From positions 58,665-122,664 of the forward strand of contig JAFWYE010000006.1 in the NCBI GenBank assembly GCA_017517765.1: DNA of 64,000 nt. Reading direction: 5' to 3'. Positions 10,241 to 20,790 of the stretch are shown piece after piece. Position numbers and translations under genes: made by a program. Each line of letters starts with the position of its first letter. The first letter of the stretch is position 1. The notes under the pieces are model-generated. The model was not told where the DNA came from and searched no databases. It worked only from the letters and a program-made list of their open reading frames with translations. Source of the stretch: Bacilli bacterium. GTDB taxonomy: Bacteria > Bacillota_I > Bacilli_A > RFN20 > DUOF01.

Positions 10241-11459
10241 GATTAGCCTCCTTTAAAATAGAAGCAACTTTTAAAGTTAGCATCTTACTAACTTCCTTTA
10301 CATCTTCATAACTAACTTCTTCATATTTAGCCATTAATTCTTCCATTGAACTAACTGCTCCAATAAAATCAAACCCAAAATGTACTAAAGCAATATCTCT
10401 AGAATTATCTTGATTAGCTTTTATTAAGTTAATAATTTTATTTTTAGTAATTTCAAAATCACTACTTTTATCATTTTCATAATCTTTAATTATTTCATCA
10501 ATAATTCTTATTATATCTTTAAAATTCTTACTTTCTATTTCACTTACAATTTCAATTGTATTTAGATAATTATTACATAATGCATAAATATAATAACAAT
10601 AGTTATGCTTCTCCCTAATTATATTAAACAAATCATAATTTAACATTTCAATAAAAACTTTAAGGGCATAAAATAGTTTATCTGTATAGACAATATTACA
10701 CTCATATATTAAAGATATAGCGGATTGTAAAAACTTACTCTCATATTCATTATTAGAACTCTCTATTGTTTTTAAATATGAATAATCAAGCTTATCATCA
10801 TTTCCCTTAACAGATAAAAATGATAGTTCTTTATATACTTTATTTGCATCTACCTCACCTATAACATATACATAACATTTACTAGTAAGTAATTTATCAT
10901 AAACCCTTTTTAAATCTTTAAGTGTTACCTTAGAAATATCTTCAATATTAGATTCTATATCTACTCCATAAGGAGAATCATTTCCCATAAGTTCATTCAC
11001 TTTCTTCTTTAAAATGTAAGTCTTTTTATTTAATTTATCCTTTAATCTTGAAACATAAATATCTTTAACTTCATTCAAAGTTTTTTTATCTAAAATTGGA
11101 TTATACAAACACTCTTTGATTGTATCTATTTGAGTATGAAGTAAATCTTCACTTAGAGCAAACTTAGAGTTAATCGCACTAACTCTAAAATTCACTACTC
11201 CAATATTACCTCTAGAAGTATAACCACCATTAACGCTTAATCCATAGTTATCCTCTTTATAAGTCGCAAAAGAACTAATACTAGGATATTTAGCATTCCT
11301 ACTAATAAGTATATTAACTAAAAGATTATAAGGAGCAATATCCTTATAATCTAATTCTTTAGTAAAAAATATTTCTATATTAACAGTTTTAAATTTATTT
11401 GTATTTATAACTTTTACTTGAGTATTATTAATACAATTATTCAATATCTCCATTTTCAT
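10233..11459 (-). CDS. ymfF: Non-catalytic M16 peptidase subunit (YmfF-like)
   Basis: TNKFKT N-terminus, LFNIIREK..CYYI, no HxxEH; paired with ymfH. Confidence 0.82.
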   Translation of the reverse strand: MKMEILNNCINNTQVKVINTNKFKTVNIEIFFTKELDYKDIAPYNLLVNILISRNAKYPSISSFATYKEDNYGLSVNGGYTSRGNIGVVNFRVSAINSKFALSEDLLHTQIDTIKECLYNPILDKKTLNEVKDIYVSRLKDKLNKKTYILKKKVNELMGNDSPYGVDIESNIEDISKVTLKDLKRVYDKLLTSKCYVYVIGEVDANKVYKELSFLSVKGNDDKLDYSYLKTIESSNNEYESKFLQSAISLIYECNIVYTDKLFYALKVFIEMLNYDLFNIIREKHNYCYYIYALCNNYLNTIEIVSEIESKNFKDIIRIIDEIIKDYENDKSSDFEITKNKIINLIKANQDNSRDIALVHFGFDFIGAVSSMEELMAKYEEVSYEDVKEVSKMLTLKVASILKEANHE

Positions 11460-13992
11460 CTACCTCTTTAATTAAGACTTCTCTTGGTCTAATTCCATTA
11501 CCTTCACTTACAATACCTTCTTCTTCAAGTCTATCCATCATTCTAGCAGCTCTAGCATATCCTAATGAAAAATATCTTTGAAGCAAAGATGTTGAAGCTT
11601 TTTGATTCCTTATTACAAATGCTTTAATATCATTGTATAAAGTTTCTTCACTAGTAGTATTCTCAACTTCACTAAGATTATTAATAACATCTTTTTTATC
11701 ATCTTCAAGATTTAAAAATTCTTCATCAAATTCAACTTGATATTTTTTCTTTATTTCTCTAACTACCGCAAAAATTTCATCATCACTTACTAAAACTCCT
11801 TGAACCCTGTTTAGTGCACTAGTGCCACTAATATCCATTAACATGTCACCTTTACCAAGTAAATCTTCTGCCCCAGCTCTATCTAATATAGTTCTAGAAT
11901 CAACCATTGAAGAAACAGAAAATGCAATACGAGAAGGAATATTAGCTTTTATAACTCCTGTGATAACATCTACTGATGGTCTTTGAGTAGCTACAATTAA
12001 ATAAATACCTGCAGCTCTAGCAAGTTGAGTAATTCTTTGAATACTCTCTTCAACTTCTTTTGAAGCCGCTAACATTAAGTCAGCAAGTTCGTCAATAATA
12101 ACAACAAGCTTATACATTTTTTCTACCCCATCGAGGTTATTATATCCATCAATATTTCTAACTGAATGACTAGCAAACATTTCATATCTTCTATCCATTT
12201 CAGCTACTACTTTCTTTAAAGCGTTACTAGCTTTTTTAGGATCAATTACAACAGGGCATAATAAATGTGGCATATTAGCATATGGCAACATTTCTACTTT
12301 TTTAGGATCAATAAGTATTAATTTTACTTCTTCAGGAGTAGCTCTTAAAATAAGAGACATGATTATAGCATTAATACATACACTCTTACCACTACCTGTA
12401 GCTCCTGCAATAAGAAGATGTGGCATTTTGTCTATACTAATAGTAACAGGTTCATTGGCTAAATCTTTTCCTATAGCAACAAGTAACTTATCATTACTAT
12501 CTCTTTTACTATCCAAAACTTCTTTTAAAAATACTGGATATCTTTTTTTGTTAGCAACTTCTATTCCTATAGCACTCTTTCCAGGAATTGGTGCTTCCAT
12601 TCTTAAATTAACTGCAGCTAAAGCTAATTTTAAGTCGTTTTGAATATTTACAATGCTACTAACCTTAACTCCAATTTCTGGAACTATTTCATACCTAGTA
12701 ACACATGGACCAATTATGTAATCACTAACCCTAGCTTTTATATTTAACTCTTCAAGTTTTTGATTAATTTTCAAACAATTTGCTTCTACTTCATCTTTTA
12801 ATTCAACACTTGCACTATTGCTAGTATTACTCATCAAAAGTGAATATATATCAATATCTTCTATGTAAGCATCGTTTACCATATATGGTGTACTAGGAAC
12901 TGTTTCTTCAATAATTTCAGTCTTTGTAACAATTTGAGGCTCACTTACTTTAGGTTGACTTGTAGCCATAAATGAAGGCATTAGCTCATCATCAAGTTCT
13001 TCATATTTATCTTCAACTATTGTAGGTTCTTCTTCTAGAGGCGCCTCTACTATAACCTCTTCTACTACAGGAGTTTCAAACTCATAATTAGGATCATAGA
13101 ATTCCTTTTCTTCTACAATTGAAGGCTCTTCTACTATCTCTTCCTCTACACTATCAAAACTTGTTACAACATTTTTTGGTTCTTCTAAAACAAAATCCGG
13201 TTTCAAACTCTTTTCCTCAATTACAACTTTTGTAACTAATTCATCATCTTCAAAAATCTTTTGTGTAAAAATATCAAAAGTCAAAAAATGAGTTTCTACT
13301 TCTTGAACTTTATTTTTTGTGGTTTTAACCTCTTTTTTAGTCATTGAATTATTCCTTGTTTTCACTTTATTTTTCTTATTATCTTTTTTGCGTTCAAAAT
13401 AATTAACTAAAGCATTATAAATGTGAATAGCAGGATTTTTAAATGCAAAATAAGAAAAACTCATAACTAATATAACAATAGCTACACTAGTCATAAATTC
13501 TCCTAAAACACTAACAATAAGAGCATACAAAATATATCCAATTAATCCTCCACCCACTTGGTCAATTGACAATATATTAACATTTATTCCTGTATGACAT
13601 TTTTCAAAAGCAGCCTTATAAAATGTAAAACAATTATCTAAATTAGCACCTTCATATTTACTTGAAGCAATAGATAAAAATACAACTAAAAATCCAAAGC
13701 ATAGAACATTCATGTTAGAAATCATTTTAGGTTTCTTTCTTTTAATGAAAAAGTATCCACCAAAAAATAATCCCAAAAATAATGGAATTTGATACCAACA
13801 CCCAAACAAATACACTAGGCTAAATGTTATAAGAGAGCCAACAAATCCCTGATTTAATAATCCAATTAGTGAAATAATGACTATCATAACTCCTAGAAGA
13901 GCAACTTCAACTTCATAATTAAGTTTAACTTTGCCATCTTTAATTTGTTCAATCTTTTCTTTAGCCATCCATTTCACCTCCCTTATAAGCAA
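11437..13992 (-). CDS. ftsK: DNA translocase FtsK/SpoIIIE
   Basis: N-terminal TMs, acidic linker, GATGSGKS, IIDELADLM, LARAAGI, gamma domain LQRYFSLGYARAAR; true start probably 13968. Confidence 0.96.
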   Translation of the reverse strand: MLIREVKWMAKEKIEQIKDGKVKLNYEVEVALLGVMIVIISLIGLLNQGFVGSLITFSLVYLFGCWYQIPLFLGLFFGGYFFIKRKKPKMISNMNVLCFGFLVVFLSIASSKYEGANLDNCFTFYKAAFEKCHTGINVNILSIDQVGGGLIGYILYALIVSVLGEFMTSVAIVILVMSFSYFAFKNPAIHIYNALVNYFERKKDNKKNKVKTRNNSMTKKEVKTTKNKVQEVETHFLTFDIFTQKIFEDDELVTKVVIEEKSLKPDFVLEEPKNVVTSFDSVEEEIVEEPSIVEEKEFYDPNYEFETPVVEEVIVEAPLEEEPTIVEDKYEELDDELMPSFMATSQPKVSEPQIVTKTEIIEETVPSTPYMVNDAYIEDIDIYSLLMSNTSNSASVELKDEVEANCLKINQKLEELNIKARVSDYIIGPCVTRYEIVPEIGVKVSSIVNIQNDLKLALAAVNLRMEAPIPGKSAIGIEVANKKRYPVFLKEVLDSKRDSNDKLLVAIGKDLANEPVTISIDKMPHLLIAGATGSGKSVCINAIIMSLILRATPEEVKLILIDPKKVEMLPYANMPHLLCPVVIDPKKASNALKKVVAEMDRRYEMFASHSVRNIDGYNNLDGVEKMYKLVVIIDELADLMLAASKEVEESIQRITQLARAAGIYLIVATQRPSVDVITGVIKANIPSRIAFSVSSMVDSRTILDRAGAEDLLGKGDMLMDISGTSALNRVQGVLVSDDEIFAVVREIKKKYQVEFDEEFLNLEDDKKDVINNLSEVENTTSEETLYNDIKAFVIRNQKASTSLLQRYFSLGYARAARMMDRLEEEGIVSEGNGIRPREVLIKEVDENGDIE

Positions 13993-14003
13993 AAAATTCC
14001 AAA

Positions 14004-14348
14004 TTATTTTTCATCATTTGGAACAGAAAACTCAAATACGTTTTTATTTAATTTTTTCATATCTCCATTAAGTGTATACATTACTCCACCCAAGAAGTCT
14101 ATCATTCTTAATGCATCTTTTTTATCCATATTAGTAACATCAATAATCACATCTTTACCTGATTTTAGTTTATCTGCTAAAATTCTAGTTTGAGAAAATG
14201 ATGTTGGAGCAAAAAACGACTCCTTACTATGGCCAGTATCTTGTTGCTTACTAGAAGTTTTATCTTTCTCATCTGAGTAATACAATACATCTTTTTCATC
14301 TGGAAATACTTTATTTTTTATTTTATCGTACAAACCCATAAGCAACAC
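14004..14348 (-). CDS. sepF: Cell division protein SepF
   Basis: ADKLKSGKDVIID...RMIDFLGGVMYTLNG. Confidence 0.9.
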   Translation of the reverse strand: MLLMGLYDKIKNKVFPDEKDVLYYSDEKDKTSSKQQDTGHSKESFFAPTSFSQTRILADKLKSGKDVIIDVTNMDKKDALRMIDFLGGVMYTLNGDMKKLNKNVFEFSVPNDEK

Positions 14349-14381
14349 CTCTTCTTAATTATACATATTTTTCTATTTTAT

Positions 14382-15158
14382 TTAATAGAAAAAGGACCTA
14401 ATATTTTCAATTGCACTTTTTTCTATTCTTGATACTTGTGCTTGAGAGATATTAAACTCGTTTGCTATCTCAAATTGTGTCTTTGATAGATAAAATCTAT
14501 CATTAATTATTTTCTTTTGAATATCACTAAGTGACTTTATGGCTTCTTTAAGTGTTAACTCATTTACTATTTTATCTTGTAAAACAACCTCATCACTTAA
14601 CTGGTCTATTAATAATATTTCATCATCATTTTCATTATATACAGAATCATATAATGAAGTAATCACACTAGTGGATTCTAATGCGAGTTTTAAATCTTCA
14701 TTTGAGACTCCTAGTCTTTTAGCAAGTTCAATATCACCTATTTCATTCCCAGTTTCATCAAGATACTTTTCCTTTTCTTTTAATGCTTTGTATGCCAAAT
14801 CTTTAATTTGCCTAGATATTCTAACCTGAGTGTTATCCCTTAGATATCTTTTAATTTCTCCAATTATCATAGGCACTGCATAGGTAGAAAATTGCAAATT
14901 ATAATCAAGATTAAAATTATCTATCGCCTTTATTAAACCTATCACTCCTATTTGGAATAAATCATCTTGATTATCACATCTAGAAGTAAACCCTTTAATA
15001 ACAGATAATATAAGTTTTAAATTACCCATTATTAATTTTTCTTTATATTCTAAATTACCATTTCTATACTCAATTATATATTTCCTTATTTCTTCATTCG
15101 ATAAAATTTTTATATCATTTGTATTAATTCCTACAATATCAACTTTATGTTTAGCCAT
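14382..15158 (-). CDS. sigG: Forespore sigma factor sigma-G
   Basis: KVDIVGINT N-terminus, DDLFQIGVIGLIKAIDNF, STYAVPMIIGEIKRYLRD, SQAQVSRIEK; follows sigE. Confidence 0.95.
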   Translation of the reverse strand: MAKHKVDIVGINTNDIKILSNEEIRKYIIEYRNGNLEYKEKLIMGNLKLILSVIKGFTSRCDNQDDLFQIGVIGLIKAIDNFNLDYNLQFSTYAVPMIIGEIKRYLRDNTQVRISRQIKDLAYKALKEKEKYLDETGNEIGDIELAKRLGVSNEDLKLALESTSVITSLYDSVYNENDDEILLIDQLSDEVVLQDKIVNELTLKEAIKSLSDIQKKIINDRFYLSKTQFEIANEFNISQAQVSRIEKSAIENIRSFFY

Positions 15159-15163
15159 TATAT

Positions 15164-15205
15164 CACTCCCTAAGGAGAGTATTGGCTTATTTTATAAGTT
15201 TATTC
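15164..15205 (-). promoter_or_regulatory. sigma-F/G-type sigG promoter with SD-sequestering hairpin
   Basis: GAATA-N14-GCCAATACTC; TACTCTC-CTTA-GGGAGTG stem (15164-15181) covers the SD. Confidence 0.6.
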
Positions 15206-15873
15206 TTTAGTTTCTTTAAAATTTTCTTTTCTAATCTTGAGATATAAGATTGAGATATCCCTAACATATCAGCAACTTCTTTTTGAGTATATTCCTCTTT
15301 ACCATTTAGTCCAAATCTAAGTTCCAAGATTTCTTTTTCCCGATCTTTTAAAATTGCAAGAGACTCTAGCAATCTCTCTTGTCTTTCTTGTTTAAGTAAA
15401 TTGTCATTAACTTCATACACATCATTGCTTAAAACATCTCCAAGTAATAATTCATTCCCCTCATCATCTTGAGAAAGTGGCTCATCTAAAGAAACCTCAA
15501 TTCTCATCCTAGATTTCTTTCTTAAATACATAAGTATTTCATTTTCAATACATCTAGAAGCATAAGTGGCTAGTTTTATATTCTTATCTTGTTTAAAAGT
15601 ATTAATTGCTTTTATTAATCCAAGAGTTCCAATACTTACAAGATCTTCTAAGTTGAAAGTATCAGTTTCATATCTTTTAGCAACATATACAACTAGTCTC
15701 AAGTTATGTTCAATAAGTGTATTTCTAGCTTCCAAGCTTCCTAATTTCACCTTATCTAAAAATTCACACTCTTCTTTGTATGGAAGAGGAGGCAATAAAA
15801 CATCACTCCCATTAACATATAAAACATTATCTTTAATAAAAAATCCCAATATTTTTTCCATTAATTTTATCAT
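15187..15873 (-). CDS. sigE: Pro-sigma-E (mother-cell sigma factor)
   Basis: YVNGSDVLLPPL pro-region, LIEHNLRLVVYVAK, KLATYASRCIENEILMYLR, SQSYISRLEK. Confidence 0.95.
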   Translation of the reverse strand: MIKLMEKILGFFIKDNVLYVNGSDVLLPPLPYKEECEFLDKVKLGSLEARNTLIEHNLRLVVYVAKRYETDTFNLEDLVSIGTLGLIKAINTFKQDKNIKLATYASRCIENEILMYLRKKSRMRIEVSLDEPLSQDDEGNELLLGDVLSNDVYEVNDNLLKQERQERLLESLAILKDREKEILELRFGLNGKEEYTQKEVADMLGISQSYISRLEKKILKKLKNKLIK

Positions 15874-16610
15874 TTCTTTTCCTCCAATAAATTAATATTT
15901 AATAAACACTGACATCCTTTAAAACTCATATCCTCTACAAAAGCACATATTACATTTTTATTAGTACCATTTATAGTAATATTTCCTTCTGTATACTTAC
16001 ATCTTTTTACACCAACACCACTAACTATCATCTCTTTTAAATCATCTTTTTTTAAATATTGCTCACTCAAAAAAATCACTGGCTTATCATATTTTATAAG
16101 TGTATTACCACTATCCATATACCCGTCAAAATCATAAATGTAATCATCTATTTCAAGCTTAACTTTCATTTTATAATTTGCTAATAGTTTTATTTTCTTT
16201 ATCATGCTACCCAATATTTCGATAATAACAATATTGATAAAAGCACTAACCACAAAAAACAATCCACTCTCTTTATTTATAAAAACAAGCCCATGATACA
16301 TATAAATGTCACTACTCATTATAACTCCATAACTTAATGAAGAATAATATCCAATTAAATACACTAAGTAACTTTTAATTATATTTTTTGGATGGATAAG
16401 TGCAAAATATATAAATAAAAATAAGAAATTCAAATATATTTCTTCTTTAAATAAAAACACATTGAAGTATAAAATTATATAAAAAACCATTAATGAAATA
16501 ATTTCTAAAATAGACATTTTATAATTTAGCATTCTCTTAAAATAATATGGGATACATAAGGAAATAATAATGCCACTATATATAAATGATAAGTCTAAAT
16601 ATGCATTCAA
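15870..16610 (-). CDS. spoIIGA: Pro-sigma-E processing aspartyl protease SpoIIGA
   Basis: YLD N-terminus, 5 TMs, DSGN catalytic motif; likely TTG start at 16610 after GGTGA. Confidence 0.88.
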   Translation of the reverse strand: MNAYLDLSFIYSGIIISLCIPYYFKRMLNYKMSILEIISLMVFYIILYFNVFLFKEEIYLNFLFLFIYFALIHPKNIIKSYLVYLIGYYSSLSYGVIMSSDIYMYHGLVFINKESGLFFVVSAFINIVIIEILGSMIKKIKLLANYKMKVKLEIDDYIYDFDGYMDSGNTLIKYDKPVIFLSEQYLKKDDLKEMIVSGVGVKRCKYTEGNITINGTNKNVICAFVEDMSFKGCQCLLNINLLEEKK

Positions 16611-16627
16611 TCGCATCACCCATATAA

Positions 16628-16661
16628 ATAATAAGCAAAACAAAGTAAATAAAATGTCTAA
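16628..16661 (-). promoter_or_regulatory. Candidate Spo0A-dependent spoIIG promoter
   Basis: TGTCTAA (one mismatch to 0A box TGNCGAA) at 16655-16661 overlapping a TAGACA -35 spaced 21 bp from TATTAT, like the over-long spoIIG promoter of B. subtilis. Confidence 0.4.
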
Positions 16662-16671
16662 ATTTGCAAAT

Positions 16672-16700
16672 AAAAAAGCAAGTATAAATTATACTTGCTA
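16672..16700 (-). terminator. Intrinsic terminator after ftsZ
   Basis: AGCAAGTAT-AAATT-ATACTTGCT hairpin plus T-run. Confidence 0.8.
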
Positions 16701-16719
16701 AAATTATTGTAATATAAAT

Positions 16720-17820
16720 TTATTTTAAGAAATCAGGCAATAAATCATCAGTCTTATGTGATTTAGTATCCACCGTATTTGTTGTTTCAGTAGTAGTTTT
16801 AGTAGGTGTTACAATTGCATTAGCACCAGCTGGAGCTATAGTTTGATCATCAAACTCTGTTGCAATAACACTAACTCTAATATCATCTCCCATTTCAAGA
16901 TCTTCACTTGTTCCAAGAAGGATATTAATTTCACTACCACTTGCTTCTCTTATGATATCCATTACATCATTAATATCGAATAAGGAAACTTCTTTACCTC
17001 CAGTTACATTTACAATTGCTTGTTTAGCACCAGCAAAACATGCCTCAAGTAATGGAGAATTAATTGCTTTATTAGTTGCCTCAGCAACTTTATTTGGTCC
17101 ACTAGCACTACCAAATCCAATCATTGCAATTCCCTTGTTTGCCATAACAGTTCTAACGTCAGCAAAGTCTCTATTGATAATACCTGTTCTACTAATAAGA
17201 TCAGTGATTGTTCTAACAGATGAACCTAATACATCATCGGCCTCTTTAAATGATTGAGTCATTGGCATAGATCCCTTCATTTGAAGAAGTCTATCATTGC
17301 TTACAATGATAAGTGAGTCAACATTGTTCTTTAACTCCTCTACACCTTCAGTTGCTTGAGTTCCTCTAGTTTTACCCTCAAAACTAAATGGACGAGTAAC
17401 AACACCAATTGTAAGTGCACCAGTTTCTTTAGCAATTCTAGCAATAACAGGAGCAGCTCCAGTACCAGTTCCTCCACCCATACCAGCAGCAACAAATACC
17501 ATATCAGCACCTTCAATTGCTTCTCTTATTTTTTCACTACTCTCAACTGCAGCTTCTCTACCAACACTTGGATTACTTCCTGCACCAAGACCTTTAGTAA
17601 TTGTTTCTCCTAAAATAATACGATTTACAGCTTTAGACTTAGAAAGCATTTGAACATCTGTGTTAGCAACCCAGAATTCAACTCCTTTAATTCCAACTTC
17701 AATCATGTGGTCAACTGCATTATTTCCAGCTCCACCAACACCAATAACTTTTATTGAGCATAAATTAACATACCCATTTGAATCATTTTCTACAGCAAAC
17801 TTGTTCTCATCATCTAACAT
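16720..17820 (-). CDS. ftsZ: Cell division protein FtsZ
   Basis: [27 protein letters not shown]-terminal LLPDFLK. Confidence 0.99.
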   Translation of the reverse strand: MLDDENKFAVENDSNGYVNLCSIKVIGVGGAGNNAVDHMIEVGIKGVEFWVANTDVQMLSKSKAVNRIILGETITKGLGAGSNPSVGREAAVESSEKIREAIEGADMVFVAAGMGGGTGTGAAPVIARIAKETGALTIGVVTRPFSFEGKTRGTQATEGVEELKNNVDSLIIVSNDRLLQMKGSMPMTQSFKEADDVLGSSVRTITDLISRTGIINRDFADVRTVMANKGIAMIGFGSASGPNKVAEATNKAINSPLLEACFAGAKQAIVNVTGGKEVSLFDINDVMDIIREASGSEINILLGTSEDLEMGDDIRVSVIATEFDDQTIAPAGANAIVTPTKTTTETTNTVDTKSHKTDDLLPDFLK

Positions 17821-17833
17821 TCTTATTACCTCC

Positions 17834-19045
17834 TTAGTTTAATTCATTTTCATCAAGAATAAATTTATCAAATTTTGTTTCAATAGTATCAAGTGAAACA
17901 GCCTCTTCAGTACCAATTCTAACAGACTCTAATAGTTTTTTGTAATTTAGCCTAATAAGTCCAACTGTTTGAATATAGCTTGGATTACTAAGGCATAAAT
18001 ATGAAGGTGAAGTAACAGTAACATTACATTCACTTATACTAGTGAATAGTTTATCAATATTCTTAACACAGCTTCCTTTACCACTCATATAAACATCATA
18101 TGTATTTTTATCAAATGTTGTTTTACATAACTCTAACAAATTAGAGATTATATCAGTATATTTTTCACTAACTATTTCATCAATTTGATATTGAGTTAAA
18201 TATTTATAAGCTTCATAACTATCGTTTTTATATACAGGTCTCTTATTTGAAGAATTCAAATAAGCATTACCCAAAACATAAGTCACTCTATCTAAGTCAC
18301 TTGTCTTAACTCCATATTTATTTACTAACTCAGTTTCAATTGAATAACTTCCTACTCCATATGTATAACTCGTATAGAATTTACCTCTTTTAAACAAAGT
18401 AACACTAGAGTCAAATTTATTGATATTAAAGATAGCACAATTAACATCATTTTCTTCCATTATTCCATTATATAAACACTCTCTATCTAAGAAGTAATTT
18501 CCTACTCTCAAATTACAACTAGTAACTATAGATGAATATCTTTCAAAAATAGAAGTAGGTAATAAAAGCACATTAAATAAAGTTTTAAATGTAGTAGACT
18601 TGTATCTAAGTGGAGCATAATCCATAGTTTGACCATTATCCAAATGATATTCAACAGGAACTACACTAATAATTTTCTTATCTTCATCATGTCTAACTTT
18701 GCAAGCCACATTGTAAGCCTCTTTAATGTCATGATCACAAATAAGAGAATTTCTACCAGTAACAGGAGAAGAAGTAGTAAATGCTAGCACTTCAACTTTA
18801 TCACTAGGTAGAGATAATGTAACTTCTTCAATCATAATGTCATGTTTTAAATTAATAGTATCTCTAATTTGCTTAATTGTCGAAGAAACAATAGCATCAT
18901 CTACAATCTCGCCATTATTTAATCCATTACAACTTTCTTCAAATACATCATAAACATAAAATTTATCATTGTAATATTCTCCAATTGTAACCCTTATTGT
19001 ATCATTAACAAACTCTAAAGTTGTAAATATTTGATTTCTTGTCAT
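17834..19045 (-). CDS. ftsA: FtsA-like protein with divergent nucleotide motifs
   Basis: Between divIB and ftsZ; [12 protein letters not shown] 1C-domain motif; 403 aa. Confidence 0.8.
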   Translation of the reverse strand: MTRNQIFTTLEFVNDTIRVTIGEYYNDKFYVYDVFEESCNGLNNGEIVDDAIVSSTIKQIRDTINLKHDIMIEEVTLSLPSDKVEVLAFTTSSPVTGRNSLICDHDIKEAYNVACKVRHDEDKKIISVVPVEYHLDNGQTMDYAPLRYKSTTFKTLFNVLLLPTSIFERYSSIVTSCNLRVGNYFLDRECLYNGIMEENDVNCAIFNINKFDSSVTLFKRGKFYTSYTYGVGSYSIETELVNKYGVKTSDLDRVTYVLGNAYLNSSNKRPVYKNDSYEAYKYLTQYQIDEIVSEKYTDIISNLLELCKTTFDKNTYDVYMSGKGSCVKNIDKLFTSISECNVTVTSPSYLCLSNPSYIQTVGLIRLNYKKLLESVRIGTEEAVSLDTIETKFDKFILDENELN

Positions 19046-19055
19046 CTAACTCACC

Positions 19056-19859
19056 TCAACTAATTTCATAACGACTTGTATCCGTAAAATTGTATTTTAC
19101 AGATACAGGGTTATCTATATCATATTTTACATTAGAACTCCCAATTTTACCTAATATTTCCTCTTTAATATTATTGAATTTTTCTTCTTCTAGCTTAACA
19201 TCTAAGTATTCCAACTTTATTTCAATATTAAAATAGGCATTATCATTAAATTTACCCTTCATAATAACAACTCCATCTTCTGAAGTGGTTTCAAGTTTGT
19301 AAAACGTATTTCTAACATCAAGATGAACATTACTATATTTTCTAACAAAATCATTTCTTAATGATTCATCTAACTCGCTAATATCAATCAAATGTGTTTC
19401 ACCAAAATTACACTCACTTTGCAAAACAGGAACGAAACTGGTATTAGTAATATAGTAACTATTTCCATCAATCACAAGTGAAACAAGTGGGTACTTTTCT
19501 AGTATAGAAATATGTAACCCTCTCCAATCAAAAGAAACACTAACATTGTCAATATTACCATGTTCTTCTAACTTCTCCTTTACTTTATTCCCATCAACTA
19601 TCCACCACCATGAATGTTTGATTCCTGCATACTCAATAATTTCTTCTTCGCTTAAATAAACATTGCCATTAACATTCATCATCTTATAACTTGCAAATGG
19701 CGAACACAAAAAAGCAATTATAATAGCCCATATAACTAGTGATATGTATAGCTTTACAATCTTCCTTTTTCTTTTTCTTTTATGATATTCTTCTCTTTCT
19801 TTTTCAATTGAAAAGGTCATAGTATTAATTTTTTCATTCATTACTATCACCTCACACAT
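19056..19859 (-). CDS. divIB: Cell division protein DivIB/FtsQ
   Basis: Basic stretch, single TM, POTRA-like VNGNVYLSEEEII; position. Confidence 0.8.
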   Translation of the reverse strand: MCEVIVMNEKINTMTFSIEKEREEYHKRKRKRKIVKLYISLVIWAIIIAFLCSPFASYKMMNVNGNVYLSEEEIIEYAGIKHSWWWIVDGNKVKEKLEEHGNIDNVSVSFDWRGLHISILEKYPLVSLVIDGNSYYITNTSFVPVLQSECNFGETHLIDISELDESLRNDFVRKYSNVHLDVRNTFYKLETTSEDGVVIMKGKFNDNAYFNIEIKLEYLDVKLEEEKFNNIKEEILGKIGSSNVKYDIDNPVSVKYNFTDTSRYEIS

Positions 19860-19893
19860 ATATAAGAATATATTTTTTTACATATTATTTCAA

Positions 19894-20790
19894 TTATTCA
19901 AAAATAATAATTTCCAATTCTAAATTTCTTTTGTATTTATCCCAGACATTCTTTTTAATTATATTAATTAAATCAATAACATCTTTTCCTGTAGCACTAC
20001 CCTCATTTACTATAATATTTGCATGTTTTTCACTAACTTTTGCATCATTTATACTCACACCTTTTAATCCTGCCTTATCAATTAAAAAGCCTGCATTAAG
20101 ATCCTTAAAATTTTTGAAAACACTCCCTAAAGACGGCTTTTTATATGGTAGTTTTTCTTTTCTTGTTTTCATTATTTTGTTGTGCTTGATGTACAAGTCA
20201 TTAATATCGGCATACTCAAGTTTTACTTTTGCTCCCAAAATTATTGTTTCATGATGTTTAAAATAACTATCTCTATATTTAAATTTACACTCCTTATTAC
20301 TAAATACTCTAAATTTATCTTTTTTAATATCATAAAAATATACAAATTCAACAATTTCCTTTATTTCTCTAGAAAAGGCTCCAGCATTCATACAAATTGC
20401 CCCTCCTAAACTACCCGGTACCATTGATAAAAAAAGCAATGATGAAATTCCTTGCTTCATGTATTCATTATTTATTTGAGACAATAACAAATTACCAGAT
20501 AGCTTATCATTATTATTAAAATTAGGATTCACTTTTATTACTACTCCATCATAATAATCTTTTTTAAATAAAACATTTGAGGCATTTCCTAGAATATAGT
20601 ATTTGATCTTATTTTTTTTAATAAGTTTCATAACACTACTAAGAGAATTTAAATTCATAACATTTACATAAAACCTAAATACAGCTTTTATATTCATAGT
20701 ATTAGTTATAGTGACATTTTCTTTTACCTCTATCCCATTAATACTTTTTAATTCATTGAAAACATCATTTTTCATAAATTGAAATATCAT
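19894..20790 (-). CDS. murB: UDP-N-acetylenolpyruvoylglucosamine reductase
   Basis: LGNASNVL, PGSLGGAICMNAGA, PSLGSVFKN, SEKHANII, LELEI. Confidence 0.95.
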   Translation of the reverse strand: MIFQFMKNDVFNELKSINGIEVKENVTITNTMNIKAVFRFYVNVMNLNSLSSVMKLIKKNKIKYYILGNASNVLFKKDYYDGVVIKVNPNFNNNDKLSGNLLLSQINNEYMKQGISSLLFLSMVPGSLGGAICMNAGAFSREIKEIVEFVYFYDIKKDKFRVFSNKECKFKYRDSYFKHHETIILGAKVKLEYADINDLYIKHNKIMKTRKEKLPYKKPSLGSVFKNFKDLNAGFLIDKAGLKGVSINDAKVSEKHANIIVNEGSATGKDVIDLINIIKKNVWDKYKRNLELEIIIFE

